Made by a program: the position numbers and the translations under genes
In this document: in pieces, positions 1 to 10,573 of the stretch
How positions within the stretch are numbered: the stretch's first letter is position 1
Layout: the number at the start of each line of letters is the position of its first letter
From: Candidatus Thorarchaeota archaeon
Lineage (GTDB): Archaea > Asgardarchaeota > Thorarchaeia > Thorarchaeales > Thorarchaeaceae
Assembly (NCBI GenBank): GCA_048882325.1
Contig: JBHLRS010000009.1
Coordinates: forward strand, 40,901 to 104,900
Length of the DNA stretch: 64,000 nucleotides
Direction: 5' to 3'
Notes under the pieces: generated by a model
Database searches by the model: none
What the model was told of the DNA's origin: nothing
Seen by the model: only the letters and a program-made list of their open reading frames with translations

Positions 1-1019
1 CCAGCAAGAGCTGCAATTTCATCTTGTATACTCTCACGAACCTTGCTTTTGGTGAGGATTTTGGAAACAAATCGATCTTGTGTATGAAGGACCTTTTCAA
101 ATACAGATTTGTAGAGAACACGTGAATCAAGAAGAGTAATCATCCGTATCGCCTCTTTAGCTTCCTCCGATTCGGTTGGATCAATGTTTCGAATTCTAGA
201 TATGAGAAACATGTCATCCAGCTTCATGAATTCTTCAGGTGATGAGAAACTGGTAAGTTCCAGCACCTTGTCTGCTGCCTCAATCAACTTGACAAGCATC
301 ACTTCGACACTACGTACGGTTTTATGATAATAGACATTGAGAAACATCTCGTACCGTGCAACAAGAAATGACTCTAATGCCCCTCTTGCGGCTATGTCAA
401 ATTGCATCTCAAAGTCCTTTGATATTTCGATACTATCAATCAAGCGATGGATATCGACGAGTCCATAATTAACACCACAATAGAACGAATCCCGAATCAG
501 ATAATCCATCTTGTCGGAATCTATCTGTCCAGCGACAATTCCAGCTATGATTTTGTCCTTCTTGGTCTTTTGTCGACCACGAACCAGGTCACCAATTCGT
601 TTCTTTGAGATTCCATCATCTTCCAAAATATCACCTAGTTCACTCTTGAGGATTATCCACTCTGTCACATCTTCATGGTTCATTCGTCGTTTTTCAAGAA
701 GCACTTCTTCAAAGACATGGCTGAAGGGCCCATGACCAATATCGTGAAGAAGACCAGCGATTCTTACTTCTTGCAGTTTTTTATCTCCAAGACCCATTTG
801 ACTCAAAAGCCTTCGACCACTTAGTCCTGCTAAATACATGACCCCAACACAGTGACTAAAGCGTGTATGTTCAGCTGTAGGATAGACAAAGTGACCACCT
901 GAAAGCTGTTTGATTCTTCGTAATCTTTGATATGGTTGTGAGTTGATGATTTTAGATTCAATTTCAGTTATACCTATGAAACCGTGAATTGGGTCATTTA
1001 TCTCTATAGCAAATTCCAT
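1..1019 (-). CDS. HD-superfamily phosphohydrolase (COG1078/SAMHD1-dGTPase-like), 3' end runs off the window
   Basis: Manual translation from ATG 1019: MEFAIEINDPIHGFI...QRLRRIKQLSGGHFVYPTAEHTRFSHCVG...AGLLHDIGHGPFSH; not in the ORF track because it is truncated. Confidence 0.9.
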   Translation of the reverse strand, partial: MEFAIEINDPIHGFIGITEIESKIINSQPYQRLRRIKQLSGGHFVYPTAEHTRFSHCVGVMYLAGLSGRRLLSQMGLGDKKLQEVRIAGLLHDIGHGPFSHVFEEVLLEKRRMNHEDVTEWIILKSELGDILEDDGISKKRIGDLVRGRQKTKKDKIIAGIVAGQIDSDKMDYLIRDSFYCGVNYGLVDIHRLIDSIEISKDFEMQFDIAARGALESFLVARYEMFLNVYYHKTVRSVEVMLVKLIEAADKVLELTSFSSPEEFMKLDDMFLISRIRNIDPTESEEAKEAIRMITLLDSRVLYKSVFEKVLHTQDRFVSKILTKSKVRESIQDEIAALA

Positions 1020-1045
1020 TGTTTGCTCACCATCTTGGAAGATTG

Positions 1046-1789
1046 TCACATCTGAGGGTCGAAAGATCGTATCTCTCGTACTAATTCCTCGGCAGAATCT
1101 ATTTTTGATATACATAAAGGTAGGTGTATGCTGTCAGCTATCTTTACAGCAAGTGGATCCAGCTCTTTCACACCTTGTAGAATCACCACTGCTGGTTTTA
1201 CAGCCACCGAGGTGCCAATCTGACTGGCTTTTATTGCCACCATTGGAGACCGGCCAGTGGTAACATTGGTGAGAACTGCTCCACGTTGAGTCGTTCCACC
1301 ATAAAGACGAAGTAGTTGCTGTGGAGTCAAACTGACAATAGCTTTGATACTATCAAGAACAGTATAACCATAGATGTCCCTATCGAGTAAGTTCCGGTGG
1401 GTCAAGATTTTACAGTCAAGATGATTCACAAGCAGACGTGATGGTATTGGAACCCCAAATTCACGGCTATCAAGGATTGCATCAGAAGAGATTTCGGGAG
1501 TGATAAGTTTCTCCAGGGCTATTGCTACCCTTCCACCCTCAGATGCATCCATCTCAATTAATCCTTCCACAAAACGTTTGATTGTTTCCACTCGGGGTGA
1601 TTTCCGTCTTCCACTCTCATAGTCACTAATTACTGAGGGTGAAACATTGAGATGTTTGGCGAGATTCTTCTGGGAGATGTGAAATCTTTCACGCCACCGT
1701 CGCATTACGGCGCCAGGATCGCTCTCTGCGAGGCAAATCTCACCAGCCATTGCTTCTGCAAGTCTCCGGAGCGCCTCACTATTGTCCAT
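1046..1789 (-). CDS. XRE-type HTH transcriptional regulator (COG1709-like)
   Basis: HTH ISQKNLAKHLNVSPSVISDYESGRRKSP; C-terminal TTGRSPMVAIK motif. Confidence 0.85.
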   Translation of the reverse strand: MDNSEALRRLAEAMAGEICLAESDPGAVMRRWRERFHISQKNLAKHLNVSPSVISDYESGRRKSPRVETIKRFVEGLIEMDASEGGRVAIALEKLITPEISSDAILDSREFGVPIPSRLLVNHLDCKILTHRNLLDRDIYGYTVLDSIKAIVSLTPQQLLRLYGGTTQRGAVLTNVTTGRSPMVAIKASQIGTSVAVKPAVVILQGVKELDPLAVKIADSIHLPLCISKIDSAEELVREIRSFDPQM

Positions 1790-1904
1790 AACCTGTTTGC
1801 TCTTGAGAATCGCTATAAGAGTTGTGCACTACTGGTTAGTGACTGGCGGGATTGTACCGAAGGACTCAAAGCAGTTGCTTGAGCTGTTCGGATTGGTTCT
1901 GCAT

Positions 1905-2669
1905 ATGTTTTTCACGTTCATTGTTGGTACTGCTGGGTCAGGAAAATCTCTACTCACTGCATCACTGGAGAAGTGGCTTGTTGGGTCGGATTTGAGTGTG
2001 GCTGTTGTCAATTTGGACCCTGGTGTTGACTCTCCACCGTATACAAGTAATGTCGATATCAGGGAATACGTAGACTACGGGGAAGTAATGAGTTCATTTG
2101 GCTTGGGTCCAAATGGGGCTCTTGTAGCTTCACTGGACATGGCAGTTAGTAGTGTAAACGATATGAGAGATGAGATTATTGATACCGATCGAGACTATGT
2201 TTTAGTAGACTGTCCTGGACAGATGGAGCTTTTTGCATATCGAAATTCCGGACCTTTGATGGTTTCTAGTCTCAGTGGTGATGATCCTTCACTCTCTCTA
2301 TATTTGCTTGATTCCAATATTGCTAGAACTCCTACTGGCTATCTCTCTTCAACTCTATTGGGAATCTCGATTAGTATACGATTCAGCTTGCCACAACTGA
2401 ATATCTTGAGTAAGCCAGATATCTTGACTGAGGAAGAGGTGGAAGAGATTGTAGGGTGGGGTTCAGAACCATATTTGCTTGAGGAGGCACTAGAATCATC
2501 TTCAGAAGGACTGCGAAGAGAGTACTCGAGGTCGATTATGGAGATGCTCGAATCTCTAGACACTGCAATTGGTAGTGTACCGGTTTCAGCTAAAGAAATG
2601 ACTGGGATTGATTTGTTGTACGGGGAAATGCAACGTATTTTTGCAGGTGGAGACAATCTATACGAGTGA
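1905..2669 (+). CDS. GPN-loop GTPase
   Basis: GTAGSGKS, NLDPG, LGPNG and DCPGQME motifs; start moved to ATG 1905. Confidence 0.92.
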   Translation: MFFTFIVGTAGSGKSLLTASLEKWLVGSDLSVAVVNLDPGVDSPPYTSNVDIREYVDYGEVMSSFGLGPNGALVASLDMAVSSVNDMRDEIIDTDRDYVLVDCPGQMELFAYRNSGPLMVSSLSGDDPSLSLYLLDSNIARTPTGYLSSTLLGISISIRFSLPQLNILSKPDILTEEEVEEIVGWGSEPYLLEEALESSSEGLRREYSRSIMEMLESLDTAIGSVPVSAKEMTGIDLLYGEMQRIFAGGDNLYE

Positions 2670-2676
2670 TGGGTAT

Positions 2677-3702
2677 TTGACCAAATATTTCGTCTATATC
2701 TCTGGTGAAGCTGTTGAGGTGGCAAAAGCAGAGGTAGATGTATTGATTCGTCTATCGGAGATTGATAAACATGTCAATTGGGATGGACGTATAGGTCTAG
2801 TGGACTCGCATGATGATCCAACCCCTTTCTTTCTTGAACGAGCTGCTCTGATCAAAGAGGCGGGAATAGTCTTGGCTGAAGCAGACTCACAGGATGAATT
2901 GCTCAGTGACCTATCAGATGATGTGTTAATGGATGCTATTGGAATTGAACACACCTTTTCTGTAAGAACAGTATCTGAGAATGGAAGTGTTTCTATCCGT
3001 GATAAGCGTGATTTTGAAACCAAGCTTGGTGCATACATCAAACATGCTGTTAGTGCGAAAGTGGACTTAGATTATCCTCAAGCACGTATTCTTGCTATTT
3101 TCACAGCGGGACAAATTCGAGTATGCAAATCTATAGCTTCAAAACTAAGACCAATGTTGAGAGAGAGAGAACCCGGTCGAAAACCATTCTTTCATCCTAG
3201 TATGATGAATGCCTTTCTAGCAAGAGTAATGTGTAATCTTGCAGGAGTTATGCCAAATGAAACAGTACTCGACCCATTTTGTGGAGGTGGAGGAATTCTT
3301 TGCGAGGTTTCACACATTGGCGCAAGATCAATTGGAGTTGATTTGAACTGGCGACTCCTATCGGGAAGTGTGGAAAATCTCTCTTCAGTTGGCCAAAATT
3401 ATAGCGTCATTCAGGGCGATGCTCGGTATATGCCAATTCTAGAATGTGACTGTATTGTGACAGATCCACCCTATGGGAGAGCAAGTTCGACTAGGGGAGC
3501 TCAGGCTATAGGACTCGTGGAGTCACTCTTTGGTAGAGTTGACATGATTCTTCGTCGTCGATATGACAGTGTTTGTATATGTGGGAGCGACAAAATGAAC
3601 CTAAAGGACTTGGCTGAGAGAATGGGTCTTACGGTGAGTCGAATCCTACAAATCAGAGTTCATAGTGGATTGGTTAGAGAGTTACTGGTGCTTGGGGTTT
3701 AG
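2677..3702 (+). CDS. trm11: tRNA (guanine-10-N2)-dimethyltransferase (THUMP + methyltransferase)
   Basis: KPFFHPS, LDPFCGGGG and TDPPYG motifs; TTG start assumed. Confidence 0.85.
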   Translation: MTKYFVYISGEAVEVAKAEVDVLIRLSEIDKHVNWDGRIGLVDSHDDPTPFFLERAALIKEAGIVLAEADSQDELLSDLSDDVLMDAIGIEHTFSVRTVSENGSVSIRDKRDFETKLGAYIKHAVSAKVDLDYPQARILAIFTAGQIRVCKSIASKLRPMLREREPGRKPFFHPSMMNAFLARVMCNLAGVMPNETVLDPFCGGGGILCEVSHIGARSIGVDLNWRLLSGSVENLSSVGQNYSVIQGDARYMPILECDCIVTDPPYGRASSTRGAQAIGLVESLFGRVDMILRRRYDSVCICGSDKMNLKDLAERMGLTVSRILQIRVHSGLVRELLVLGV

Positions 3703-4124
3703 TTGTGAACAATCCTGCCGTCTTTGGTCGGAGGAGTGAACCACTTCACAAATTGATCATATTCTTGTTCTGAAGAAAAGACAAGGACAATTTCTATACA
3801 GCCTAGAGGAGGCAATTCTTGGTTGTCATCAATTATTCGGGTTTTCTTAGCTAGTGCAGCTTGCTTGTCAAAGTAAATCTTGGTCGATGTTCCATTCCAG
3901 TTCGATTCTAATCGTTTCCGAGCTGCATCGATGATTCTTGTTTCATGAATTGCTTGCCGCACGTGATTCATGACATCGCGGTTCTTGAAGGTTCCAGAGA
4001 TATCTGATACTTCACTGCCCTTCGTGATTACAAACTCAAGTCCACCCAGAAGATTATCAAGTGCCTTTCCAACTTTCGTGGTGTCTTCGGTGGGGTTTAC
4101 TGGACATGAAACGAGAACTTCCAT
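3699..4124 (-). CDS. UPF0201/COG1931 predicted RNA-binding protein
   Basis: PVNPTED..KV..AL and DKQAA motifs; usual neighbour of the UPF0200 kinase. Confidence 0.8.
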   Translation of the reverse strand: MEVLVSCPVNPTEDTTKVGKALDNLLGGLEFVITKGSEVSDISGTFKNRDVMNHVRQAIHETRIIDAARKRLESNWNGTSTKIYFDKQAALAKKTRIIDDNQELPPLGCIEIVLVFSSEQEYDQFVKWFTPPTKDGRIVHN

Positions 4125-4125
4125 C

Positions 4126-4665
4126 TCAGACCAGCCTCTTTACCAATTTCTTGGACTGATCTTGAAATTCATCGAGTGAGCCTTCATTTACAATCATAAT
4201 GTCACTTAGGGCTATTACTCCTCCTAGACCCACCGAAATTTCTCTGATGTCACGTTCTCTGAAAACTTCCCAACTAGAAGGTGCATCCTCACGGTTTCGT
4301 TCACAAAGTCGTCTGTAGCGTTCCTTTGGGGAAGTATGGACACAGATGATGACAACAGAATCAGCGCAATCATCAAAGACATCGATCTCAGCAATGCTTC
4401 TACAACCCTCGATGACGACGATGTCTGAATTAAGTTCTTTCAGTTCATCTACACAGAAACTTGCGACTGCTCCAGGACCGTTCTTTTCTCGAAGTTCTAG
4501 CATGACTTTCTTGGTATTTTCTAGGTTTGGCTCAAGTCCGCGCCTTCGAGTTTCATTGCGTATCACATCGCCCATCACAATCACTGGAATACCAGCATCA
4601 TGAAATGCTTGAGCGACACCACTCTTTCCCGCACCTGGCATACCAGTCACTATTATCAGTTTCAT
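4126..4665 (-). CDS. UPF0200 nucleotide-kinase-like P-loop protein (dephospho-CoA kinase-like)
   Basis: IIVTGMPGAGKS, MGDVIR, ERDIRE...GLG; start at ATG 4665. Confidence 0.85.
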   Translation of the reverse strand: MKLIIVTGMPGAGKSGVAQAFHDAGIPVIVMGDVIRNETRRRGLEPNLENTKKVMLELREKNGPGAVASFCVDELKELNSDIVVIEGCRSIAEIDVFDDCADSVVIICVHTSPKERYRRLCERNREDAPSSWEVFRERDIREISVGLGGVIALSDIMIVNEGSLDEFQDQSKKLVKRLV

Positions 4666-4788
4666 TGTTCCCACCTGAAACCTCTCGCCTTCGTCTTGTG
4701 ATTGTCCTTTAAGAATTCCCTTAGAGCCAACTAGCGTCACTGTAATATCGTGGATGTGCATTATTTAATCGTCAATAGAGGTGTTTGT

Positions 4789-5358
4789 GTGACTGATGAA
4801 GTCAGATCTTTTCTTAGTATAGATATCGAAGACCAATCATTGTTGTCACAGATTCTGAATATTCAGGGAAGGTTAGACCAGAGTGCAGCAAAGATGAAGA
4901 TTGTCAAGAGTGAGAACATTCACTTCACACTGCGGTTCTTCGGTGATACGCCTTTGACAAAGTTGGACCAAATCAAGACGCGTCTTGATGAATTAGACTT
5001 CGACCCATTTGAGATTGAAATCGCAGGTGTTGGTGCGTTCCCAAACAAGAAACGACCCAGAGTAATTTGGATTGGAGTTACACAAAATGCATCTGAAGTT
5101 GTGAAACTCAAGGCCAAGATCGATTCTTCATTAATCGATATTGGTTATCAACCTGAGCAAAGAAAGTATACACCTCATGCAACAATTGCCAGGGTTCGTC
5201 ATGTTAAGAATGCGAAAAGAATTGCTGACAATCTGGAATATCTGTCTGGTGAAATTATTGGTAGAATGAGAGTCGTGCGACTAACTATGATGAAGAGTAC
5301 CCTCACTCCCTCAGGACCAATTTATGAACCCCTATGGGAGGTCGGTAATGAATCCTGA
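4789..5358 (+). CDS. thpR: RNA 2',3'-cyclic phosphodiesterase (2H, 2'-5' RNA ligase family)
   Basis: Two HxT motifs (HFTL, HATI), RPRVIWIG, STLTPSGPIYE. Confidence 0.92.
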   Translation: MTDEVRSFLSIDIEDQSLLSQILNIQGRLDQSAAKMKIVKSENIHFTLRFFGDTPLTKLDQIKTRLDELDFDPFEIEIAGVGAFPNKKRPRVIWIGVTQNASEVVKLKAKIDSSLIDIGYQPEQRKYTPHATIARVRHVKNAKRIADNLEYLSGEIIGRMRVVRLTMMKSTLTPSGPIYEPLWEVGNES

Positions 5359-5364
5359 AAGAAG

Positions 5365-5501
5365 TGGTGGGCCGGGGGAGACTTGTTCCGATGGGGGAAG
5401 TCCCGAATCGTTTGAACTCCCGATCTCTTGCATTCTGTGACTTGAGGCGTAAATCCTCAGCCGCCCCAAGCAAGAATCATACCAAGCTAGACTACCGACC
5501 C
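5365..5501 (-). tRNA. tRNA-Pro(GGG) with two introns (37/38: 5433-5463; T-loop 58/59: 5383-5411), CCA encoded
   Basis: Reverse complement folds as a cloverleaf after removing both inserts; the T-loop intron forms a clean BHB (GTTC/GAAC helix, AAA and AAG bulges). Confidence 0.88.
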
Positions 5502-5701
5502 GTGCTGCATGAGTCTTTTGAGATACTCATGACTGAATTGCCGTGTCTCGAACTTAAGATAAACATTACCACTCTTTCGAGTGTTCAAAGAAGTTTGGAA
5601 CACATGTTCTAATAGCTCTCGTAATTGCATGAAAAGATTCAGACTTATCAGTATCTTCACTATCCACCATAGATTGTAGCTCAAACAAGAGATGGCTTAG
5701 G

Positions 5702-6751
5702 ATGGTTACAGATCTAGTATACCACGATATCTTCGTTGAACACGTGATGTCTAGAGGACATCCTGAAGGTCCTGAAAGACTGAGAAGTGCGATGAGTTCT
5801 ATCGGTGGTGCAGGTCTACTGAATGATCAGAAAGTGAATCTATTAACTCCAGAGAAAGCCATTTTGGATGAGGTGTACCAAATTCATGGGAAAGCGTATC
5901 TTGAAGGTATAAGAGCAAAATCGGAGAAAGGAGGTGGTATATACACAATGGACACCTCTGTCAACTCATTCACATATGATGCTGCATTGTTTGCAGCTGG
6001 CGGAGGGATAAAGGCAGTTGATCGGGTCATGTCGGAAGATTCAGAGAATGGCTTTCTGCTGTGCAGACCCCCAGGTCATCATGCGGAGTTTGAACGTGCT
6101 TTTGGTTTCTGTTTTATCAACAACATTGCAGTTGCTGCTAAACATCTCTTGGAAAAACATGATGTTGAACGCGTAATGATAGTTGATTATGACGCGCATC
6201 ATGGAAATGGAACGCAGCGAAGTTTCTATTCCTCGAAGGATGTACTTTATGTTGGACTACATCAGGATGGAAGAACTCTATTCCCAGGATCTGGATTTGC
6301 TAGTGAAATTGGAGTTGGAGAAGGTGAAGGTTACACAGTAAATCTGGCAATGTACCCAGGAGCTGGAGATAGGTCGTATGACTTGGCTTTTACCAAAGTT
6401 CTCGATCCCATTGCTAAATCGTTCAACCCTGACTTCATACTTGTTTCTGTTGGCTACGACGGACATTTCATGGATCCGTTGACAAACCTCGGACTGACTA
6501 CTGCAGGCTTTGCAATGATGAATTCCCGTCTAAAACGGATGGCTGAGAGTCATGCTGATGGGAAGATAGTAGCCTTTCTAGAAGGTGGGTATAATCTTGA
6601 TGTGATGGGTATGTGTGCCTTGAACCTTGTTCAAGAATTTGCTGGTTTGAAAGTTACAAGGTTTGATGATGAGAACACAGAGAGCACAATTGCAACCGAG
6701 TATACCGAGAAACTGATTGAGAAGATCGTAACAGATTCACCCCTGGTTTAG
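5702..6751 (+). CDS. Histone deacetylase / acetoin utilization family deacetylase
   Basis: HPE, RPPGHHA, GFC, DAHHGNGTQ and LEGGY motifs. Confidence 0.95.
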   Translation: MVTDLVYHDIFVEHVMSRGHPEGPERLRSAMSSIGGAGLLNDQKVNLLTPEKAILDEVYQIHGKAYLEGIRAKSEKGGGIYTMDTSVNSFTYDAALFAAGGGIKAVDRVMSEDSENGFLLCRPPGHHAEFERAFGFCFINNIAVAAKHLLEKHDVERVMIVDYDAHHGNGTQRSFYSSKDVLYVGLHQDGRTLFPGSGFASEIGVGEGEGYTVNLAMYPGAGDRSYDLAFTKVLDPIAKSFNPDFILVSVGYDGHFMDPLTNLGLTTAGFAMMNSRLKRMAESHADGKIVAFLEGGYNLDVMGMCALNLVQEFAGLKVTRFDDENTESTIATEYTEKLIEKIVTDSPLV

Positions 6752-6772
6752 ATTGAGATTCGATGACTAGAT

Positions 6773-9700
6773 TCACATCACAAAAGCGGAAACATTGTCA
6801 TCCATTGTTTTTACTATTAGATTTCTTGGAGTGGTTTCACTTTCTTCAAGGTACTCAGACGCAGTGAGAACGCATACCACTTTGCTAGATTTGCATGTTC
6901 TACAGGCTATTTCACTATGTAAATTGAGAAGTGTATTCAGTTGCTGCTGATTTGGAAATATAACATAAGAAGTATCACCAACACAAAGGTCATAGTATCC
7001 ATGATTTTTGGACACTTTGGAATGATGTTTCTTCAGCTCTTCCTCAATGGAGGTGATTGCCTTTTCCTTTAGATGCTTCAAGACTGATGAATTAACTAGC
7101 CAGAGTCCTTCTGTGAGCTCCATGAATTGTGATTCGCCGTTGACACGGAGGGCAATTAAGACCTCATCAGCTAACAGTTCTGTCAGAGCACGCTTCCCTT
7201 CCTCTATGTTTAGTGGAGCGGACCTGCCCTTCAATGACTGAAGAGCTGTAGTTTCTATGAACTCAAGTAGCTCTTCCCATTTGACTTGTCCATTTGATAT
7301 GTCAACTAGGTCTTGAATCAGACCAAACCATAGCCGAATCTGAATCGCTCTATTGGTTGCGGATCCTACACCATGCATAGCTCCAATCAAATCTACTTTT
7401 TCATGTGATTCCTCCTCCACATCCTCTGCTAGCTGAGTCTGGACAATGGAAGCCTCTGACTGACCTGATTTACTCGCTAGTCCATCAATAATTGAATCTA
7501 AGGATCGTGGAAATGCAGAAACGACACTGACCTCATTGAATTCCTCAGATGAGTCCATCAGTTCCCTTAGTTTTGCAGCTGCAACGCTACCTCGTACAAC
7601 CACAATTAGCTCACTTACCCCATTCTGTAGTTTACTCATCTGTCCTCGAATTCTGTCTAGTGTTGAACCGATTGATGATGCTCGTAAGTGTTCAGGAATA
7701 ACTATCACTGCTCTGTCTTCAAGGACTATGTCCGGCCAATCCAGATTGGCTGACATTGAGGAGGTATTGTATTCTATCCCGAGTTTCTCATAGATATATT
7801 CAACAATCACCCGTCTTACAGCACCTAGGGCTTTTCCTGGTAGAGCAAAAACAAATCCTCCATCTACAAGTGCTAATGCTTCTCTTTCAACACTACCCAA
7901 TGATACTAGATTTCGAATCGCTTCTGAAATGTCATCATCCACAACATTAGAGTCAAGTACAGAGAGAAGATTTCGGATTTCACTCTCTGTCGCCCAGCCC
8001 TCTGATGCAAGGAATGCAACAACGTGATTTCCAAGTCTATCTATTCTGTTAAAGACAAGCGTCTGTGCTTTGATATCTTCAACCGCTTCAGTATTATCCA
8101 AGTCACTAGTAATTGCCCCCTCATCCGATACAGTGGATTCGATAACAGAATCGATTTCACTTTCAGTAATGTCATTAGACGGTTGTTCGCTTTGACCCAA
8201 TGTGTCTGGAAATCGTTGAGTGACAATTTCAAAAGTTTCAGTGTCAGGTATACTCATCAAGGCTCTCCCACGTTGTAGACTTCGGAGATACTGTTCTTGA
8301 TCGCTACTCAATGAAAGAAATCTTCCTCCAACATGACTGTCATAGGGTAAGCGAAACACTACCTTGGTAGATGTGTTTGCTAGGATGTTTGTAGAGATGT
8401 TGGGTCTAGTTGAAACTACAATAACACCTTGTCCTGTAGCCCGTTGTAGCATCACCATAGATTCACCAGTAGTTACATCAGCTGCAGAGTGTCTTGTATA
8501 ACTCTCAGGAACAAGATTGCTTGCTTCTTCTAATACAACAACATGATGTAGACCTTCTGTGATACCTCGCTTCATGGCACTGTCGAAGATACGCTTCGCA
8601 ACAAGATTGTAAAGCAATCGAGCAGAATCCATTCCACCAACACGTGCAACATGAGAAAGATCAAGAATTACGCGTTTAGCAAGTAATTCTGAGAACTGAA
8701 CTGATTCACCCTCTTTACCAAGGATTGATCCTAATGGTTCTCTGGTCAAAATCTCCAGACGGTTGATTAAAGCGTCTCTTGTCATATTCCCAGTCCGATC
8801 GTTACCTGATAATTCGTTAATTGCTGATATTAATGATTGAACCGAGTTTCCATGATTTAACGTTTCTGCGACTCGCATCACAGAGTCTCTGAGTAGTTTT
8901 TCCATTGCTGGAGAGAGTTCAGATGAATCACCTCTTTCATTCAATAACTCCTTCAAAATAACAAATGTTGAATGAGCGTGATTCTCATCATCAGCCATCT
9001 CAGGGTCAATAAGGTTAATGGAGAATGAAGTGTCAAGACCAGGTTTCAATACAAGAACTTCTGTTTCACTATGATTGACCAGACCATGATATTCAGACCC
9101 CTTTACGTCAAATATCCACCAAGGTATAGAAGTCTTCATGCTCAGCTGAGCCATAAGATGCTTGACAAGTGTAGTCTTTCCACTGCCAGTTGCTCCTAAG
9201 ATTGCAATATGTTCTCTTAACCAATTCACCTTCAAGCCAACATCAGATAATCGTCGACCTCCGAACACAGTTTTACCAATAACTAGTTCATTGTCCACTA
9301 ACTCTTTTGTGGGGACTGGAAAAACGGGAGCATGTTTCGGAGTGATTACAGGTAGCTGTTGAATTGGTGTATTCACAAGGGACGACAATTTTGCAATGTG
9401 AATTCGCTGACGTTTCAAATGGCGGCGAGTCAGTATTTTGAAGACATTCCGTTTTGAGTACTTATGATATTTCAGCTTGATGGAGTTTCCACCACCCCAT
9501 ATCGAGTGGATCAACCCTATTACTCCATCCATATCCACATCCATGCGGCTGTTTTTGGTCGGGCTTACTTTGAAATATACTGTAGAGTCAAACCATCCAG
9601 CTCCATCCTGAATTTCTTCATAACGGGTCACCAATCTTTTCTTTGCTGCATGGTCTTGTAATGACTCCTCTTTTCGCTTCTCTTTTGATTGAATGCTCCT

Positions 9701-10573
9701 CCATTGATTTTCAAGTGAACGCTTTTCTTTTCCAGGTTTAGCTGAAGAGAATACACAGGTCATACTTGTGGTATATCCCTGTTTAAGAGATGTCGAAAGG
9801 TATGTTCCAATCTGAGAAGCTTCTAGAGTTGGGAATACCCGTGGTTGTCCTTGCAGAGCTAGGAATCCCAGTAAGTCATTCCCATGCTTGATTTTCAGTT
9901 CTCTCGATTCGAGGCAAATCCCATTTATGTGAGTAAGAGCAACAGATTCGAGAGAGTCACCCTCTAGAAGCTTTAATTCCACATTATTGAGAGATGACAA
10001 AAGAATTGCTTCAGTCCGGGTTGCCTCTCTTCTCAATATCTCCTGTATCTGTTTTGACGTGTGACCGGTTGCTGTGATAAAGATACGTAGGAATGGCTCT
10101 CCATTTGTAACTCCAACCTCAAAAGCCATTGTTATTGATTTGTCCATTCCTGCTCTCATCGCAAGTAACATAGTTTCATTGTATCTCGGTTTTCCATTCT
10201 CATCTAGATACACCGAACCAGAAACTGACATAATATCAAGACAACATGTCCCAATCACAAAGTCATCGAGCTGAACAAGTAGTGTGCTGTCCTGAATCGA
10301 TACTGAAGGATTCTGAAGACGAACTTTCTTCATAGTCAGGTAAGACCCAGTTATAACTGGTATAAGACACACAATCACTTCAACCATTATTTTTTGAGGG
10401 ATAAAGGGTTGACTGAACAGTCCAATCAATGGTAGGAGGTAGACTAGTAGTAGATACAATCCCGATGCTATTGTACTAAACACCCAGACTATAGCTAACC
10501 ATGATTTTGGTCGTCTATGCAAATCATGAGAAGCCACAGCTGTGTTCTCTCGTAGGGAAATACGAAATGGCAT
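6773..10573 (-). CDS. Large membrane-anchored HerA/VirB4-like ATPase (DUF87) with long C-terminal extension
   Basis: Two N-terminal hydrophobic helices; HIAILGATGSGKT, IFDVKGSEY, VVVLEEA, ILANTSTKVVFRL. Confidence 0.8.
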   Translation of the reverse strand: MPFRISLRENTAVASHDLHRRPKSWLAIVWVFSTIASGLYLLLVYLLPLIGLFSQPFIPQKIMVEVIVCLIPVITGSYLTMKKVRLQNPSVSIQDSTLLVQLDDFVIGTCCLDIMSVSGSVYLDENGKPRYNETMLLAMRAGMDKSITMAFEVGVTNGEPFLRIFITATGHTSKQIQEILRREATRTEAILLSSLNNVELKLLEGDSLESVALTHINGICLESRELKIKHGNDLLGFLALQGQPRVFPTLEASQIGTYLSTSLKQGYTTSMTCVFSSAKPGKEKRSLENQWRSIQSKEKRKEESLQDHAAKKRLVTRYEEIQDGAGWFDSTVYFKVSPTKNSRMDVDMDGVIGLIHSIWGGGNSIKLKYHKYSKRNVFKILTRRHLKRQRIHIAKLSSLVNTPIQQLPVITPKHAPVFPVPTKELVDNELVIGKTVFGGRRLSDVGLKVNWLREHIAILGATGSGKTTLVKHLMAQLSMKTSIPWWIFDVKGSEYHGLVNHSETEVLVLKPGLDTSFSINLIDPEMADDENHAHSTFVILKELLNERGDSSELSPAMEKLLRDSVMRVAETLNHGNSVQSLISAINELSGNDRTGNMTRDALINRLEILTREPLGSILGKEGESVQFSELLAKRVILDLSHVARVGGMDSARLLYNLVAKRIFDSAMKRGITEGLHHVVVLEEASNLVPESYTRHSAADVTTGESMVMLQRATGQGVIVVSTRPNISTNILANTSTKVVFRLPYDSHVGGRFLSLSSDQEQYLRSLQRGRALMSIPDTETFEIVTQRFPDTLGQSEQPSNDITESEIDSVIESTVSDEGAITSDLDNTEAVEDIKAQTLVFNRIDRLGNHVVAFLASEGWATESEIRNLLSVLDSNVVDDDISEAIRNLVSLGSVEREALALVDGGFVFALPGKALGAVRRVIVEYIYEKLGIEYNTSSMSANLDWPDIVLEDRAVIVIPEHLRASSIGSTLDRIRGQMSKLQNGVSELIVVVRGSVAAAKLRELMDSSEEFNEVSVVSAFPRSLDSIIDGLASKSGQSEASIVQTQLAEDVEEESHEKVDLIGAMHGVGSATNRAIQIRLWFGLIQDLVDISNGQVKWEELLEFIETTALQSLKGRSAPLNIEEGKRALTELLADEVLIALRVNGESQFMELTEGLWLVNSSVLKHLKEKAITSIEEELKKHHSKVSKNHGYYDLCVGDTSYVIFPNQQQLNTLLNLHSEIACRTCKSSKVVCVLTASEYLEESETTPRNLIVKTMDDNVSAFVM

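Noticed and set aside
5598-5609. GAACACATGTTC, one mismatch from the origin palindrome
   Set aside because: Single isolated copy with no ORB nearby
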